A stretch of DNA of 64,000 bases from Epithemia pelagica (Eukaryota > Protista > Bacillariophyta), in contig OX337241.1 in NCBI GenBank assembly GCA_946965045.2, positions 558,001 to 622,000 of the forward strand. The letters run 5' to 3'. Numbering within the stretch: position 1 is the first letter of the stretch; every line of letters begins with the position of its first letter. The notes beneath the pieces are model-generated. The model worked only from the letters and a program-made list of their open reading frames with translations. It made no database searches and was not told the DNA's origin. This document shows, one piece after another, positions 55,001 through 64,000 of the stretch. The position numbers and the translations under genes were made by a program.

Positions 55001-55230
55001 AGGACAGGAGGGACGAGAGCTTGCTCAATGAAATCCCTTCGATGTCCTACCAAGAAAGGCGACTTGAAGGCCTCAAAGCGAGGTTTGCCTTCAGTATCCC
55101 GAAGACCACTCCCCCAGTGATCCAAATGGACGATAGCAAACTTGAGGACCTACCGACCGCCGAAGAATCTTTGATGACTGATGATGTAGTTTTGGAGGAC
55201 GCGACAGAAGTGCGAGTGACGACTGTCTAG
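52081..55230 (+). CDS. Penelope-like RT + C-terminal GIY-YIG endonuclease, copy 1 (first ATG 52165)
   Basis: PTDKTN, PTRLVV, IVSVDAEAMYPSI, GLTIGGYESAWLA and YRDDGL (RT); CNCRNKEACPYGGKC linker; SIVVY..FYIGNT...KRMQQH and CKLC (GIY-YIG). Confidence 0.92.
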   Translation: MKPRLFQAPASRREVRAQATKTKVYRGKMSEAKPTLSVDTSVGMAKPKGTTGIGQETENNDHNRREEKLRKLVRMLAEEVSERFVPAPTEDERTNDAINGIGDFKTRCRWAEFWRNEHKERTETEQAVWANYYTNNPSLLSKAQWEKSITDPEWQWPDPFSGKNYKEEAEDVEEEILISGLQSGVKPEHKRKNAPVGSNELECFLKQVEEAIINESLTNKPTRNENKLSLEFKDILKQLREFDLVAIPTDKTNSFTLMSSREYAKEIKIHLDKSAVRINRSKLNEIVENCFSFITELDRYLSKNEREFLKEKVNSKAIPQPKILVKDHKKKKNSNGSYPTRLVVPATNFTAGFPKIGYLGIKNLFKKHKVEFGQRNIVQASDLKDRLEKFNINAGNATIVSVDAEAMYPSIKFQLIYDAVQYYAEAMPPETNKAISLCLDLIFFGMSNTLISFQDGFYLYDGDKKPEERGLTIGGYESAWLADLVMSYLLEVTYDTLYDPMHFFGVYRDDGLAVFKGKKTTNEIQEWLESFQSDIDDIAGNNFLKFTAVVWDPLNHHSEWDISNTAITVDKSPSFPFLDMEMYWLSEQSLAFRVHLKKNQQLKYLNKGSSHTPGCFKAIPNGVIKRLTKLTSINDSNSNQTLNELYPTHFQALSDANLIKPDQILTLADSIDEMERAKNDETSNATKKGRDRDRKRAIYFRIGYSNFWRRPIHKVIKEIKGRFPSLSWLRVSMSYHRFTNIREHFQGDLNTKLSDTLRSLDFEDLDCNCRNKEACPYGGKCRRSIVVYKATCLKTGKFYIGNTQQHVKKRMQQHVQDVKALVLQNKSSDSFASHFAAFVPRDIPKKEMKNHVKLRVELLWQGKPLSTVKTFGTKTCKLCARERLEILRATKFNPKLAINKCNEIYGECRHKPRFHRFPTNNNNPSTDESIDDERVSICRPVSTTSTDSSYSCFTWTSNLSPNTTTTNDVNNFGEDRRDESLLNEIPSMSYQERRLEGLKARFAFSIPKTTPPVIQMDDSKLEDLPTAEESLMTDDVVLEDATEVRVTTV
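54852..54893 (+). ncRNA. Minimal type I hammerhead ribozyme motif, copy 1
   Basis: CAGCA-CTGATGA-GTCG-ATAGA-CGAC-GAAA-GAG-T-CTC-TA-TCTG: conserved core, 4-bp stem II and a near-palindromic minimal stem III. Stem I has a bulge. Confidence 0.65.
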
Positions 55231-55556
55231 TCTACACCAAGATCAAAAACCGGCGTGCGCATTTAGCGAACTAAGAAGTAGAATTACTTCCCGGCCCTAG
55301 GTGGGAAAGAAACTAAACTAGTATTCACACTCTTTGCTGTTTTCGATCTGTGATATTGACCTACGAGACGAACCTGCCCAACAGACATCCAACGCGCAGC
55401 TAAGGCCGCCAAACTCTTTTCCGTTCGCCTAATCGGCTTCTTCCGAACTGGACCTGCATCCTCGAGACTAGTCGGCACTGTGGTTGTCGATCCGAAGCCC
55501 CGCAAGACCCAACTCGGAAGCTACTACCGACTAATCTGGTAAACCTGAATTCCGCC

Positions 55557-58500
55557 GTGAAACCCAGACTTTTCCAAGCACCAGCAAGCCGAAGAGAAGT
55601 TAGAGCCCAAGCGACAAAAACGAAAGTCTACCGTGGAAAGATGAGTGAAGCCAAACCTACCCTAAGCGTTGACACGTCTGTCGGAATGGCAAAACCCAAG
55701 GGTACGACCGGAATCGGCCAGGAGACGGAAAACAACGACCATAACCGTCGTGAGGAAAAGCTTCGGAAATTGGTACGAATGCTGGCCGAAGAGGTCTCGG
55801 AACGCTTCGTCCCGGCCCCCACGGAGGACGAACGCACTAATGATGCTATAAACGGCATCGGTGACTTCAAAACCCGATGCCGTTGGGCTGAGTTTTGGCG
55901 TAATGAGCACAAGGAGAGAACCGAAACCGAACAAGCTGTGTGGGCGAATTATTACACCAACAACCCCTCACTACTCTCAAAAGCCCAGTGGGAGAAATCA
56001 ATCACTGACCCCGAATGGCAATGGCCAGACCCGTTCTCCGGAAAGAACTACGAAGAAGAGGCCGAGGACGTGGAAGAAGAAATCCTAATCTCTGGCCTCC
56101 AAAGTGGTGTCAAACCAGAGCACAAACGCAAAAACGCACCCGTAGGCTCAAACGAGTTGGAATGCTTCCTAAAACAAGTCGAAGAAGCAATCATCAATGA
56201 GTCACTTGCCAATAAACCGACCCGTAACGAAAACAAGCTGTCTCTGGAGTTCAAGGACCTACTCAAACAACTCCGCGAGTTTGATCTGGTGGCGATACCC
56301 ACGGACAAAACAAACTCGTTCACGCTAATGTCATCCAGGGAATACGCGAAAGAGATCAAGATTCACCTCGACAAAAGTGCAGTCCGTATCAACAGGTCCA
56401 AACTCAATGAAATTGTGGAGAACTGCTTCTCATTCATCACGGAACTCGACCGCTATCTGTCCAAGAACGAGAGGGAGTTTCTGAAAGAAAAGGTGAATTC
56501 GAAAGCGATTCCCCAACCGAAAATCCTGGTCAAGGACCACAAAAAAAAGAAGAACTCGAATGGATCGTACCCTACCAGACTCGTGGTCCCCGCAACCAAC
56601 TTCACTGCTGGATTCCCAAAGATTGGATACCTCGGTATCAAGAACTTATTCAAGAAGCACAAGGTTGAGTTCGGACAACGCAACATAGTCCAAGCGTCGG
56701 ATCTCAAGGACAGGTTGGAGAAGTTCAACATCAATGCAGGAAATGCCACAATCGTTTCAGTCGACGCAGAGGCGATGTACCCATCAATCAAGTTCCAGTT
56801 GATCTATGATGCAGTACAGTACTACGCCGAAGCTATGCCCCCAGAAACCAACAAAGCAATCAGCCTGTGTCTCGACCTTATCTTCTTTGGGATGTCGAAC
56901 ACATTGATTTCGTTCCAAGACGGGTTCTACCTCTACGACGGCGACAAAAAACCCGAAGAACGAGGATTGACGATAGGCGGCTACGAATCAGCCTGGCTGG
57001 CGGATTTGGTGATGTCATACCTCCTAGAGGTGACATACGACACACTCTACGACCCGATGCACTTCTTCGGAGTCTACAGAGACGACGGGTTGGCGGTGTT
57101 CAAAGGCAAAAAGACTACAAACGAAATCCAAGAGTGGCTCGAATCTTTTCAATCTGACATCGACGACATAGCTGGAAACAACTTTTTGAAGTTTACGGCA
57201 GTGGTGTGGGACCCATTAAACCACCACTCAGAGTGGGACATCTCCAATACTGCGATCACGGTTGACAAATCCCCGTCGTTTCCCTTCCTGGATATGGAGA
57301 TGTATTGGCTGAGTGAGCAGTCGCTAGCCTTCAGAGTCCACTTGAAGAAGAACCAACAACTCAAGTATCTCAACAAAGGTAGCTCACACACTCCGGGATG
57401 CTTCAAAGCGATTCCCAATGGAGTGATCAAACGCCTAACCAAGCTCACATCAATCAACGATTCAAACAGCAACCAAACTCTCAACGAGCTGTATCCAACA
57501 CATTTCCAAGCCCTGTCCGACGCGAACTTGATTAAACCAGATCAAATCCCGACCTTGGCAGACTCCATAGACGAGATGGAACGAGCGAAGAATGATGAGA
57601 CCTCAAACGCAACCAAGAAAGGCCGCGATAGAGACCGGAAAAGAGCGATCTACTTTAGGATTGGGTACTCCAACTTCTGGAGGAGGCCCATCCACAAAGT
57701 GATCAAGGAGATAAAAGGACGCTTCCCCTCCCTGTCCTGGTTACGCGTGTCAATGTCCTACCACAGGTTCACGAATATCCGTGAACACTTCCAGGGCGAT
57801 TTGAACACCAAACTATCGGACACATTGAGATCCCTAGACTTCGAAGATCTTGATTGTAACTGCAGGAACAAGGAAGCCTGCCCCTACGGTGGGAAATGCA
57901 GGCGTTCGATAGTAGTCTACAAAGCGACGTGTCTCAAAACGGGCAAATTCTATATCGGCAACACGCAACAACACGTAAAAAAGCGAATGCAACAACACGT
58001 TCAGGATGTCAAAGCCTTAGTCCTCCAGAACAAGAGCTCCGACTCTTTTGCAAGCCACTTTGCGGCGTTCGTCCCGAGAGACATTCCGAAAAAGGAAATG
58101 AAAAACCACGTGAAATTGCGAGTCGAGCTCCTATGGCAAGGGAAGCCTCTTTCAACCGTAAAAACCTTCGGCACGAAAACGTGCAAACTCTGCGCTCGAG
58201 AGAGATTGGAAATCCTACGGGCGACCAAATTCAACCCCAAACTAGCAATCAACAAGTGTAACGAAATATACGGCGCATGCCGCCACAAACCGAGATTTCA
58301 CCGGTTCCCGACAAACAACAACAACCCCAGCACTGATGAGTCGATAGACGACGAAAGAGTCTCTATCTGTCGGCCTGTCTCAACCACGTCAACTGACTCG
58401 AGCTATTCTTGCTTCACGTGGACCTCGAACCTGTCCCCCAACACGACTACAACAAATGATGTAAACAACTTTGGTGAGGACAGGAGGGACGAGAGCTTGC

Positions 58501-58706
58501 TCAATGAAATCCCTTCGATGTCCTACCAAGAAAGGCGACTTGAAGGCCTCAAAGCGAGGTTTGCCTTCAGTATCCCGAAGACCACTCCCCCAGTGATCCA
58601 AATGGACGATAGCAAACTTGAGGACCTACCGACCGCCGAAGAATCTTTGATGACTGATGATGTAGTTTTGGAGGACGCGACAGAAGTGCGAGTGACGACT
58701 GTCTAG
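55557..58706 (+). CDS. Penelope-like RT + C-terminal GIY-YIG endonuclease, copy 2
   Basis: Same 1049-aa ORF with five amino-acid differences from copy 1. Confidence 0.92.
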   Translation: MKPRLFQAPASRREVRAQATKTKVYRGKMSEAKPTLSVDTSVGMAKPKGTTGIGQETENNDHNRREEKLRKLVRMLAEEVSERFVPAPTEDERTNDAINGIGDFKTRCRWAEFWRNEHKERTETEQAVWANYYTNNPSLLSKAQWEKSITDPEWQWPDPFSGKNYEEEAEDVEEEILISGLQSGVKPEHKRKNAPVGSNELECFLKQVEEAIINESLANKPTRNENKLSLEFKDLLKQLREFDLVAIPTDKTNSFTLMSSREYAKEIKIHLDKSAVRINRSKLNEIVENCFSFITELDRYLSKNEREFLKEKVNSKAIPQPKILVKDHKKKKNSNGSYPTRLVVPATNFTAGFPKIGYLGIKNLFKKHKVEFGQRNIVQASDLKDRLEKFNINAGNATIVSVDAEAMYPSIKFQLIYDAVQYYAEAMPPETNKAISLCLDLIFFGMSNTLISFQDGFYLYDGDKKPEERGLTIGGYESAWLADLVMSYLLEVTYDTLYDPMHFFGVYRDDGLAVFKGKKTTNEIQEWLESFQSDIDDIAGNNFLKFTAVVWDPLNHHSEWDISNTAITVDKSPSFPFLDMEMYWLSEQSLAFRVHLKKNQQLKYLNKGSSHTPGCFKAIPNGVIKRLTKLTSINDSNSNQTLNELYPTHFQALSDANLIKPDQIPTLADSIDEMERAKNDETSNATKKGRDRDRKRAIYFRIGYSNFWRRPIHKVIKEIKGRFPSLSWLRVSMSYHRFTNIREHFQGDLNTKLSDTLRSLDFEDLDCNCRNKEACPYGGKCRRSIVVYKATCLKTGKFYIGNTQQHVKKRMQQHVQDVKALVLQNKSSDSFASHFAAFVPRDIPKKEMKNHVKLRVELLWQGKPLSTVKTFGTKTCKLCARERLEILRATKFNPKLAINKCNEIYGACRHKPRFHRFPTNNNNPSTDESIDDERVSICRPVSTTSTDSSYSCFTWTSNLSPNTTTTNDVNNFGEDRRDESLLNEIPSMSYQERRLEGLKARFAFSIPKTTPPVIQMDDSKLEDLPTAEESLMTDDVVLEDATEVRVTTV
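58328..58369 (+). ncRNA. Minimal type I hammerhead ribozyme motif, copy 2
   Basis: Identical motif exactly 3476 bp downstream of copy 1. Confidence 0.65.
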
Positions 58707-60008
58707 TCTACACCAAGATCAAAAACCGGCGTGCGCATTTAGTGAACTAAGAAGTAGAATTACTTCCCGGCCCTAGGTGGGAAAGAAACTAAACTAGTAT
58801 TCACACTCTTTGCTGTTTTCGATCTGTGAGATTTGAGTTATAATTACTTTTTCCCGCTCCAGTCGTCATTCGTCATTCCTCTTTTCTTCCCGAACCGTGA
58901 CTCAGATGCCCAGCCACAAGAGATAAGAGATACTCCTAAGAGATAAACAATAAACACACCCTGCGACAGACTGATTTCCACTGGGATCTGGGATCTGGGA
59001 TGAAGAGAGGAACTGTCAAAAGGACGAGAACAACTCCCCACAACACATTTCCATTATTCAAGCAGCCCATACTACTATTATTCTATACACCTATGCCCCT
59101 TTTAGAGATTATAGTACTCCTATCTTGCATCTTCCGAGATCCGAACCGATGACCATAACATCTAACAACATCATCTTTTTGATGATGTCAAATCACATTC
59201 CCATTTTCCCCATAATTTCTTATATCCCAAATCCCAAAACCTTCACTCTGACAATCGATCGCAGCGTATTCGCATAGATTCGCATTTGGGTATCAGTGAG
59301 TTGCTTCAAATCGATCTTGGATGTTCCAAAGCTTCTAGAGCTCCACGGAATTCCTAGGTGAATGTTCTACGTGAGCTCCATGGAATTCTTTGTCCATGGT
59401 CTCCGGGTGTTGATTATCTCAAGCGTTTTAGGAGTAGTAGACATTATAATTATAGCCATTGGCACGCGAAAGCTTCAATCTTCGTTTCTCTCTCTATGGC
59501 ATCCGAAGGAGGTAGGAGTAGAATTATTCTAGTGGCTCCTACTAGGTATGCAGGCAGGTGAACTTCGCTAGCTAGGGGTCGAACATGAACCTTAGATCAC
59601 CTCGGCTATCAACCGTCATGACTCTTTTGTCAGGAGGACCGTTCCAATGGACGTCTTACATGCCCCAAGGTGACGTATCAATGAGAGAGCGGACAACCAC
59701 TACTACACACATGCAGTAGGTCAAGACAGGATCCAAAGTAGTGGGTAAATCATAATACTATACAGTCTCCAGCGTTGGCGTTAGGGGATTGATTCTTGAT
59801 GGTAAAAAGTGGTGTTGACAGTTCAACGAATGATTCGTGTGGGTGATTCTCCAGTCCTCGAGTCGCAACTGCGGTTGCTATAAGACTGTTAGCAGTTTGG
59901 AAAGGTGCCGTGGCTCGACCATGGGCTCCGCAAGGAGACCCACCGTCCATAGTTCCAAAGTGCGGCAGCCTTGTTCTTTGTAACTCGTCGTCATCGCCGC
60001 CTGTCTTT

Positions 60009-62616
60009 TTACACATCTTGTAGCTGCGGCACTTTTTGACGTTGCGACAATCGCAAAATGGTACCTCGAATGTGGTGCGAGTTCAATCCCGCTTGTTCGT
60101 ATTGCTGGTATTGGGAGGCGGCTTCAAAGTAGGTATCGGGAATGACCATGGGTCGGAACTTGAGCTTACCGTCATCCAAGGCGCCGTCCAAGGACAAGAA
60201 ATGAAGGACGTGATCGCCAAAGCCACCAATCGATCCTTCTTCGACGGTAATCAAGACGGAATGTTCATCGGCCAATTGACGGACCAAATCCACATCCAAG
60301 GGCTTCATAAAGCGGGCATCGGCGACGGTAACGCCCAAGGTAGGGTCCATGTCTTCCACTTCTTGCGCCGCCACCAAGGCTTCGTGCAAGCGAGTTCCAA
60401 AGGACAAGATTGCCACCCGATCCGCCTTGGACTTGCCTCGGACCGCCGACTCGTCACGGTTAAAACCACCCGGACGACGGATGATGCGTCCCTTTCCAAT
60501 CGGCACGACTTGAGCCTTGGGCAAGGTTCCATCCGCGTCGAGCTCGTATCCAAAGAGCGATTGCAACTTGTCGGCACCGTATCCGGTTCCACGAGGGTAT
60601 CGGCAGACGGACGGACCCTTGTCAAAGGCGGCTTGCGTCGCAATCATGTTGCGCAATTCAATTTCATCACTGGGCGCCATAATGGTCAAATTGGGGATGC
60701 ATCCCAAATAGCTCAAATCGTAGCAACCATGATGGGTGGGACCGTCGTTTCCAACCAATCCGGCGCGGTCCAAGACCATGCGGACGGGCAAATTTTGAAT
60801 GGCTACATCGTGCACCACTTGATCGTACCCACGTTGCAAAAAGGTGGAGTAAATGCAGCAAAAGGGCTTGAGGCCTCGCGTGGCCATACCGGCCGCCATG
60901 GTCACGGCATGTTGTTCGGCAATGCCCACATCAAAGGTGCGCTTGGGAAAGCGGCGGCCAAACAAATCCATTCCCGTGCCACCGGGCATGGCGGCCGTAA
61001 TACCGACAATGCGACGATCTTCCGTGGCCGAATCAATCAAGGCATTGGCAAAAATCGAGGTCAAACTGGGAGCAATCGGCTTGGACTTGATTTGTTGGCC
61101 CGTGCCCAAGTTGAATTTGGCCACACCGTGCATACGATCACTGGCTTGTTCGGCGGGTGGGTATCCATAGCCCTTGACAGTTTTCAAGTGCAACAAGACG
61201 GGCTTGGTGTCGGTGCTGTCTCGCAATTTTTCCAAAATGGGCACCAAATTGTCCAAATCGTGACCATCCACAGGTCCCACGTAATAAAAGCCCAATTCTT
61301 CAAAGAGGGTACCACCCGAGACAATACCACGAGCATACTCATCAATACGCTTGTTCACGTCTTGAATTCCTTCCGGCAAGAGTTTGTTGAAGGACTTGGC
61401 AAAGGACCGAATGTCTTGAAAGGGTTTAGAGACCAAGAGATTGGACGTGTAGGTGGAAAGTTGGGAGGCTGGCACCACTCCACCCGCACTGGGTGTTCCA
61501 GTGGGGAGACTGACTTGTCCATTGTCGTTGAGAATGACAATCATGCGGTTTTTCAAATACCCCGCCGAGTTCATGGCTTCATAGGCCATTCCACCGGTAA
61601 TGGCACCATCTCCAATCACCGCAATACAATTGTTTTGCCGAGGAGATGATCCCGTCATGGACTTGGCAATGGACATGCCCTGGGCGGCCGAAATCGAAGT
61701 CGACGAGTGACCGGCCCCAAAGGAATCGTATTCACTCTCCTTGCGTTTGCAAAAGCCGGAAATACCACCGGCTTGTCGGAGGGTCGACATGCGTTCCCGT
61801 CGGCCCGTCAAAATCTTGTGAGGGTAGCATTGATGCGAAACATCCCAGATAATATCATCTTGTGGCATGTCAAACACATAGTGCAACGCCACCGTCAGTT
61901 CATTGACACCCAAGGAGGAACTCAAGTGACCGCCCGTTTGCGAGACGGATTCCAAAGTTTCCCATCGCAACTCGTAGGCCAATTGCTTCAATTGCCTCAA
62001 GTCCAGCTTTTTCATGTCGGCCGGAGACGAAATGCTATCCAAAATGGGCTTGACGGCCGGTCCAGCGTAGGGAGGACCGGGGACCGAGCTGCTACTACTG
62101 CCACTGTTGCTCCCAGTGCCTTCGGCCGCGGCCTGGTGCAACCGACTGGTGCGGGGACCAGCCCATAAAGTGGATGTCGTGGTAAAGGCCGTGGCCTGTT
62201 ATAACGTGGAAACCCATCAGGATGATCGAGAGTCGCATCGAGAGCCATCCATCCAGCAAAAAGGCAAAAAAAGAGCAGTTCGACAGGTGTAAGACCCAAA
62301 AGATACCTTGAAGTAACCCGGTTCTTGAACAAGAGATTCCAGAGACTTGGTGGGGCGCAACGCGATGGTGATGGGTGTGTACGGGTGGACGACCCATCAT
62401 GGCGGCATTCAAGCCGGTCCACAATTTCTCATGGTCGAGCACGAAACCCTCCCATCCAGAAAGAGCCATGCTTCACCTGCTCAATGGTCGCTTTCTCGCG
62501 TTGCCACACTTGTACGCTGGATTCCGGCTCACACAAGAAGAACATAGAGAGATACTTGCAACACATACCTCCAAGGCCAGAGTGGCTGCCATGAGGACGC
62601 TCAATTGGAACTTCAT
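60009..62616 (-). CDS. DXS: 1-deoxy-D-xylulose-5-phosphate synthase, plastid-targeted; exons 62616-62569, 62195-60009 (744 aa)
   Basis: GGHLSSSLG, DVSHQCYPHKILTGRR, AGHSSTSISAA, IGDGAITGGMAYEA, LNDN, DVGIAEQHAV and YSTFLQR. A 373-bp GTATGT...ACAG intron joins the signal peptide MKFQLSVLMAATLALE to ATA-FTTT. Confidence 0.95.
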
Positions 62617-63300
62617 GGCTGTGTGTGTAGATTCGTTCTTGTGGAGATGAGTCGATGCAACACCAGAGTCTTTGTGGTTGTAAATGTTCTCCTCTTTGAA
62701 TGGAAGTGCTGTTCCAACGACCAAACGACTGCACACGAGAAAAACCCAAACAGTGGTGATGCTTGTGGGGCTCGGGGCGAGATCTGACTCTCGAAAACAC
62801 ACCTTGGCGTGTATCACGACCCTCCCAAGGAACACTACGTGAATAGGTTTGTGGCGCATCCTCATATCCTGGAATCACGCTGGGATTTCCTCTTGCTTCA
62901 ACGTCATGATCCAACGTCAGCTACCGCTGGTTTCGCGTCACGAACAGTTCGAATTTCCAGCGGCTTTCCAAAGGCATAGGTTAGTTTCCGTTCCTACATA
63001 CATCACGTATTCGCGTTGAGTTGTCGTGAGTCCAGGAAAGGGGGGCTACTCACGATTATCCTTTGGGGGTGTGTTGCGAGAGTTGTGACTCATCCGTTCG
63101 CATCCATCAACATCGATATCCAGGAGGATGATGCGATGGCGATAAGAATTCTGCGTTCGCAGTCTCTATTCCATTACGAACGATTCACACAACCTTGGAA
63201 CGTGTAAACAACACATTTGCCTCTCAAGAACCAGTGCATGGAATCAAGCTGAACGTTAGTTTGATTCTAGTAGACGGAAGTGAAAAGTTTGCCTGCCGAA

Positions 63301-63969
63301 ATGGTTTTGTCGTCGCTCAAGAATCTTTGTGCCAGAGGACGGTTGCTCGTCGTCTGGCTCTGTTTGCTTCTTCCGATGCGATCTGCCGTGGGAAGGGTGG
63401 ATCATCCAAGTCGAATGATGAAACGCTCATCGTGTGCCTTTGCTCAAGTCCCCGAATCCTTTCGTGAACGATCCATCCCACAAGCCATGTCCTCTTTGTC
63501 GCCGTCGAGACTCGCCATGGTGCCTACGTCGCACAGTTTGGTTCATGTCCTCCAATCGTCCTTTGTTCTGGCGGCACAAGACACTGTCGCGGCTGCTCTC
63601 CCACCACCGAATGGGGACGCGGCACAACCACTGGCGCCGGAAACCATTGTGGGTATTTTTGTTGTGGGTGTGGTCCCCTTTGCCGTGGCGACGGTCGAAT
63701 TTTGGCGTCGCATTGCCGTGGGTGCCTCCTTTGGAACCGGAACGGATTCCGTCGTCTTTCCCAATACTACCACAATTGGACAAGACGACAATCCACTGTC
63801 CAGTCGAGGACGTCGCATTCTGGGAACAGATGCACTTGTCACGGCCTATCTCTTGTTTGGTCTGGCCGCGGCCGTCTTGGCCTTGGTCCTGGTTTCGGTC
63901 GTCACATCGGATCCACTAGTGGGAGAATTGCCCGTGACTGCACAACCACCACCACCACCACAAGTGTAA
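63301..63969 (+). CDS. Hypothetical two-TM membrane protein, probably plastid-targeted
   Basis: Hydrophobic N-terminus and two predicted TM helices around VEFWRRIAVGASFGTG..IGQD..SSRGRRILG. The start (ATG 63301 vs 63415) is uncertain. Confidence 0.6.
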   Translation: MVLSSLKNLCARGRLLVVWLCLLLPMRSAVGRVDHPSRMMKRSSCAFAQVPESFRERSIPQAMSSLSPSRLAMVPTSHSLVHVLQSSFVLAAQDTVAAALPPPNGDAAQPLAPETIVGIFVVGVVPFAVATVEFWRRIAVGASFGTGTDSVVFPNTTTIGQDDNPLSSRGRRILGTDALVTAYLLFGLAAAVLALVLVSVVTSDPLVGELPVTAQPPPPPQV

Positions 63970-64000
63970 CAACCCTATACAATTGGTGTATTTGGCTTGC

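Larger units (their letters stand above)
51710..58829 (+). mobile_element. Penelope-like retroelement, head-to-tail array of 2.05 units (unit 3476 bp)
   Basis: The sequence repeats with period 3476 from 51710 to 58829 and is flanked by GAGATTTGAGT at 51695-51705 and 58828-58838 (TSD). Each unit encodes RT + GIY-YIG. Confidence 0.93.

Noticed and set aside
60036-61649. 537-aa plus-strand ORF
   Set aside because: Lies entirely antisense to DXS with no recognisable motifs. It is a codon-bias shadow, as are 1917-2696 and 26522-27283.
62055-62075. CCAGCGTAGGGA, resembling the 3' end of a TPP riboswitch near a TPP-dependent enzyme gene (also GGAATCCAGCGTA in the intron)
   Set aside because: The first is antisense within coding sequence. 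Neither has the UGAGA and CCUGAU elements or P2/P3 pairing.
62215-62402. Possible C/D snoRNA in the DXS intron (ATGATG...CTGA)
   Set aside because: Imperfect C box, no convincing terminal stem and no identified rRNA guide.

Overview
Eukaryotic nuclear DNA, most likely a raphid pennate diatom. The evidence is bipartite signal+(A/T)xA-F plastid-targeting presequences, short GT-AG introns, CoDi-type Copia elements and diatom-type hypothetical families. Host genes: an FCP1-like CTD phosphatase (5'-partial), a secreted conditioned-medium-factor-like alpha/beta hydrolase, a HACD/PHS1 dehydratase, two 3-domain iota-carbonic-anhydrase (LCIP63-like) paralogs with different targeting peptides, a mitochondrial-carrier-like gene, DXS and several hypotheticals. 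About 28 kb is transposable elements. These are an apparently intact PHIS/Harbinger-type element (30-bp TIRs, ACT TSD), two young Ty1/copia elements, a 1.4-kb TIR element, a frameshifted large DDE-like transposase and a head-to-tail dimer of an endonuclease-positive Penelope-like element carrying a hammerhead motif. Most notable: (1) an RT+GIY-YIG Penelope-like element in a non-animal host, with a concatemer structure compatible with a circular-RNA intermediate; (2) two neighbouring Copia elements with non-canonical priming sites, one matching the initiator-tRNA D-arm and one self-complementary to its own LTR; (3) a UGA-CAA-CCA gag-pol readthrough signal; (4) a TGACGTCA-rich region linking a putative mitochondrial iota-CA to a divergent carrier-like gene. 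All family assignments come from motif recognition by eye; no searches were run.
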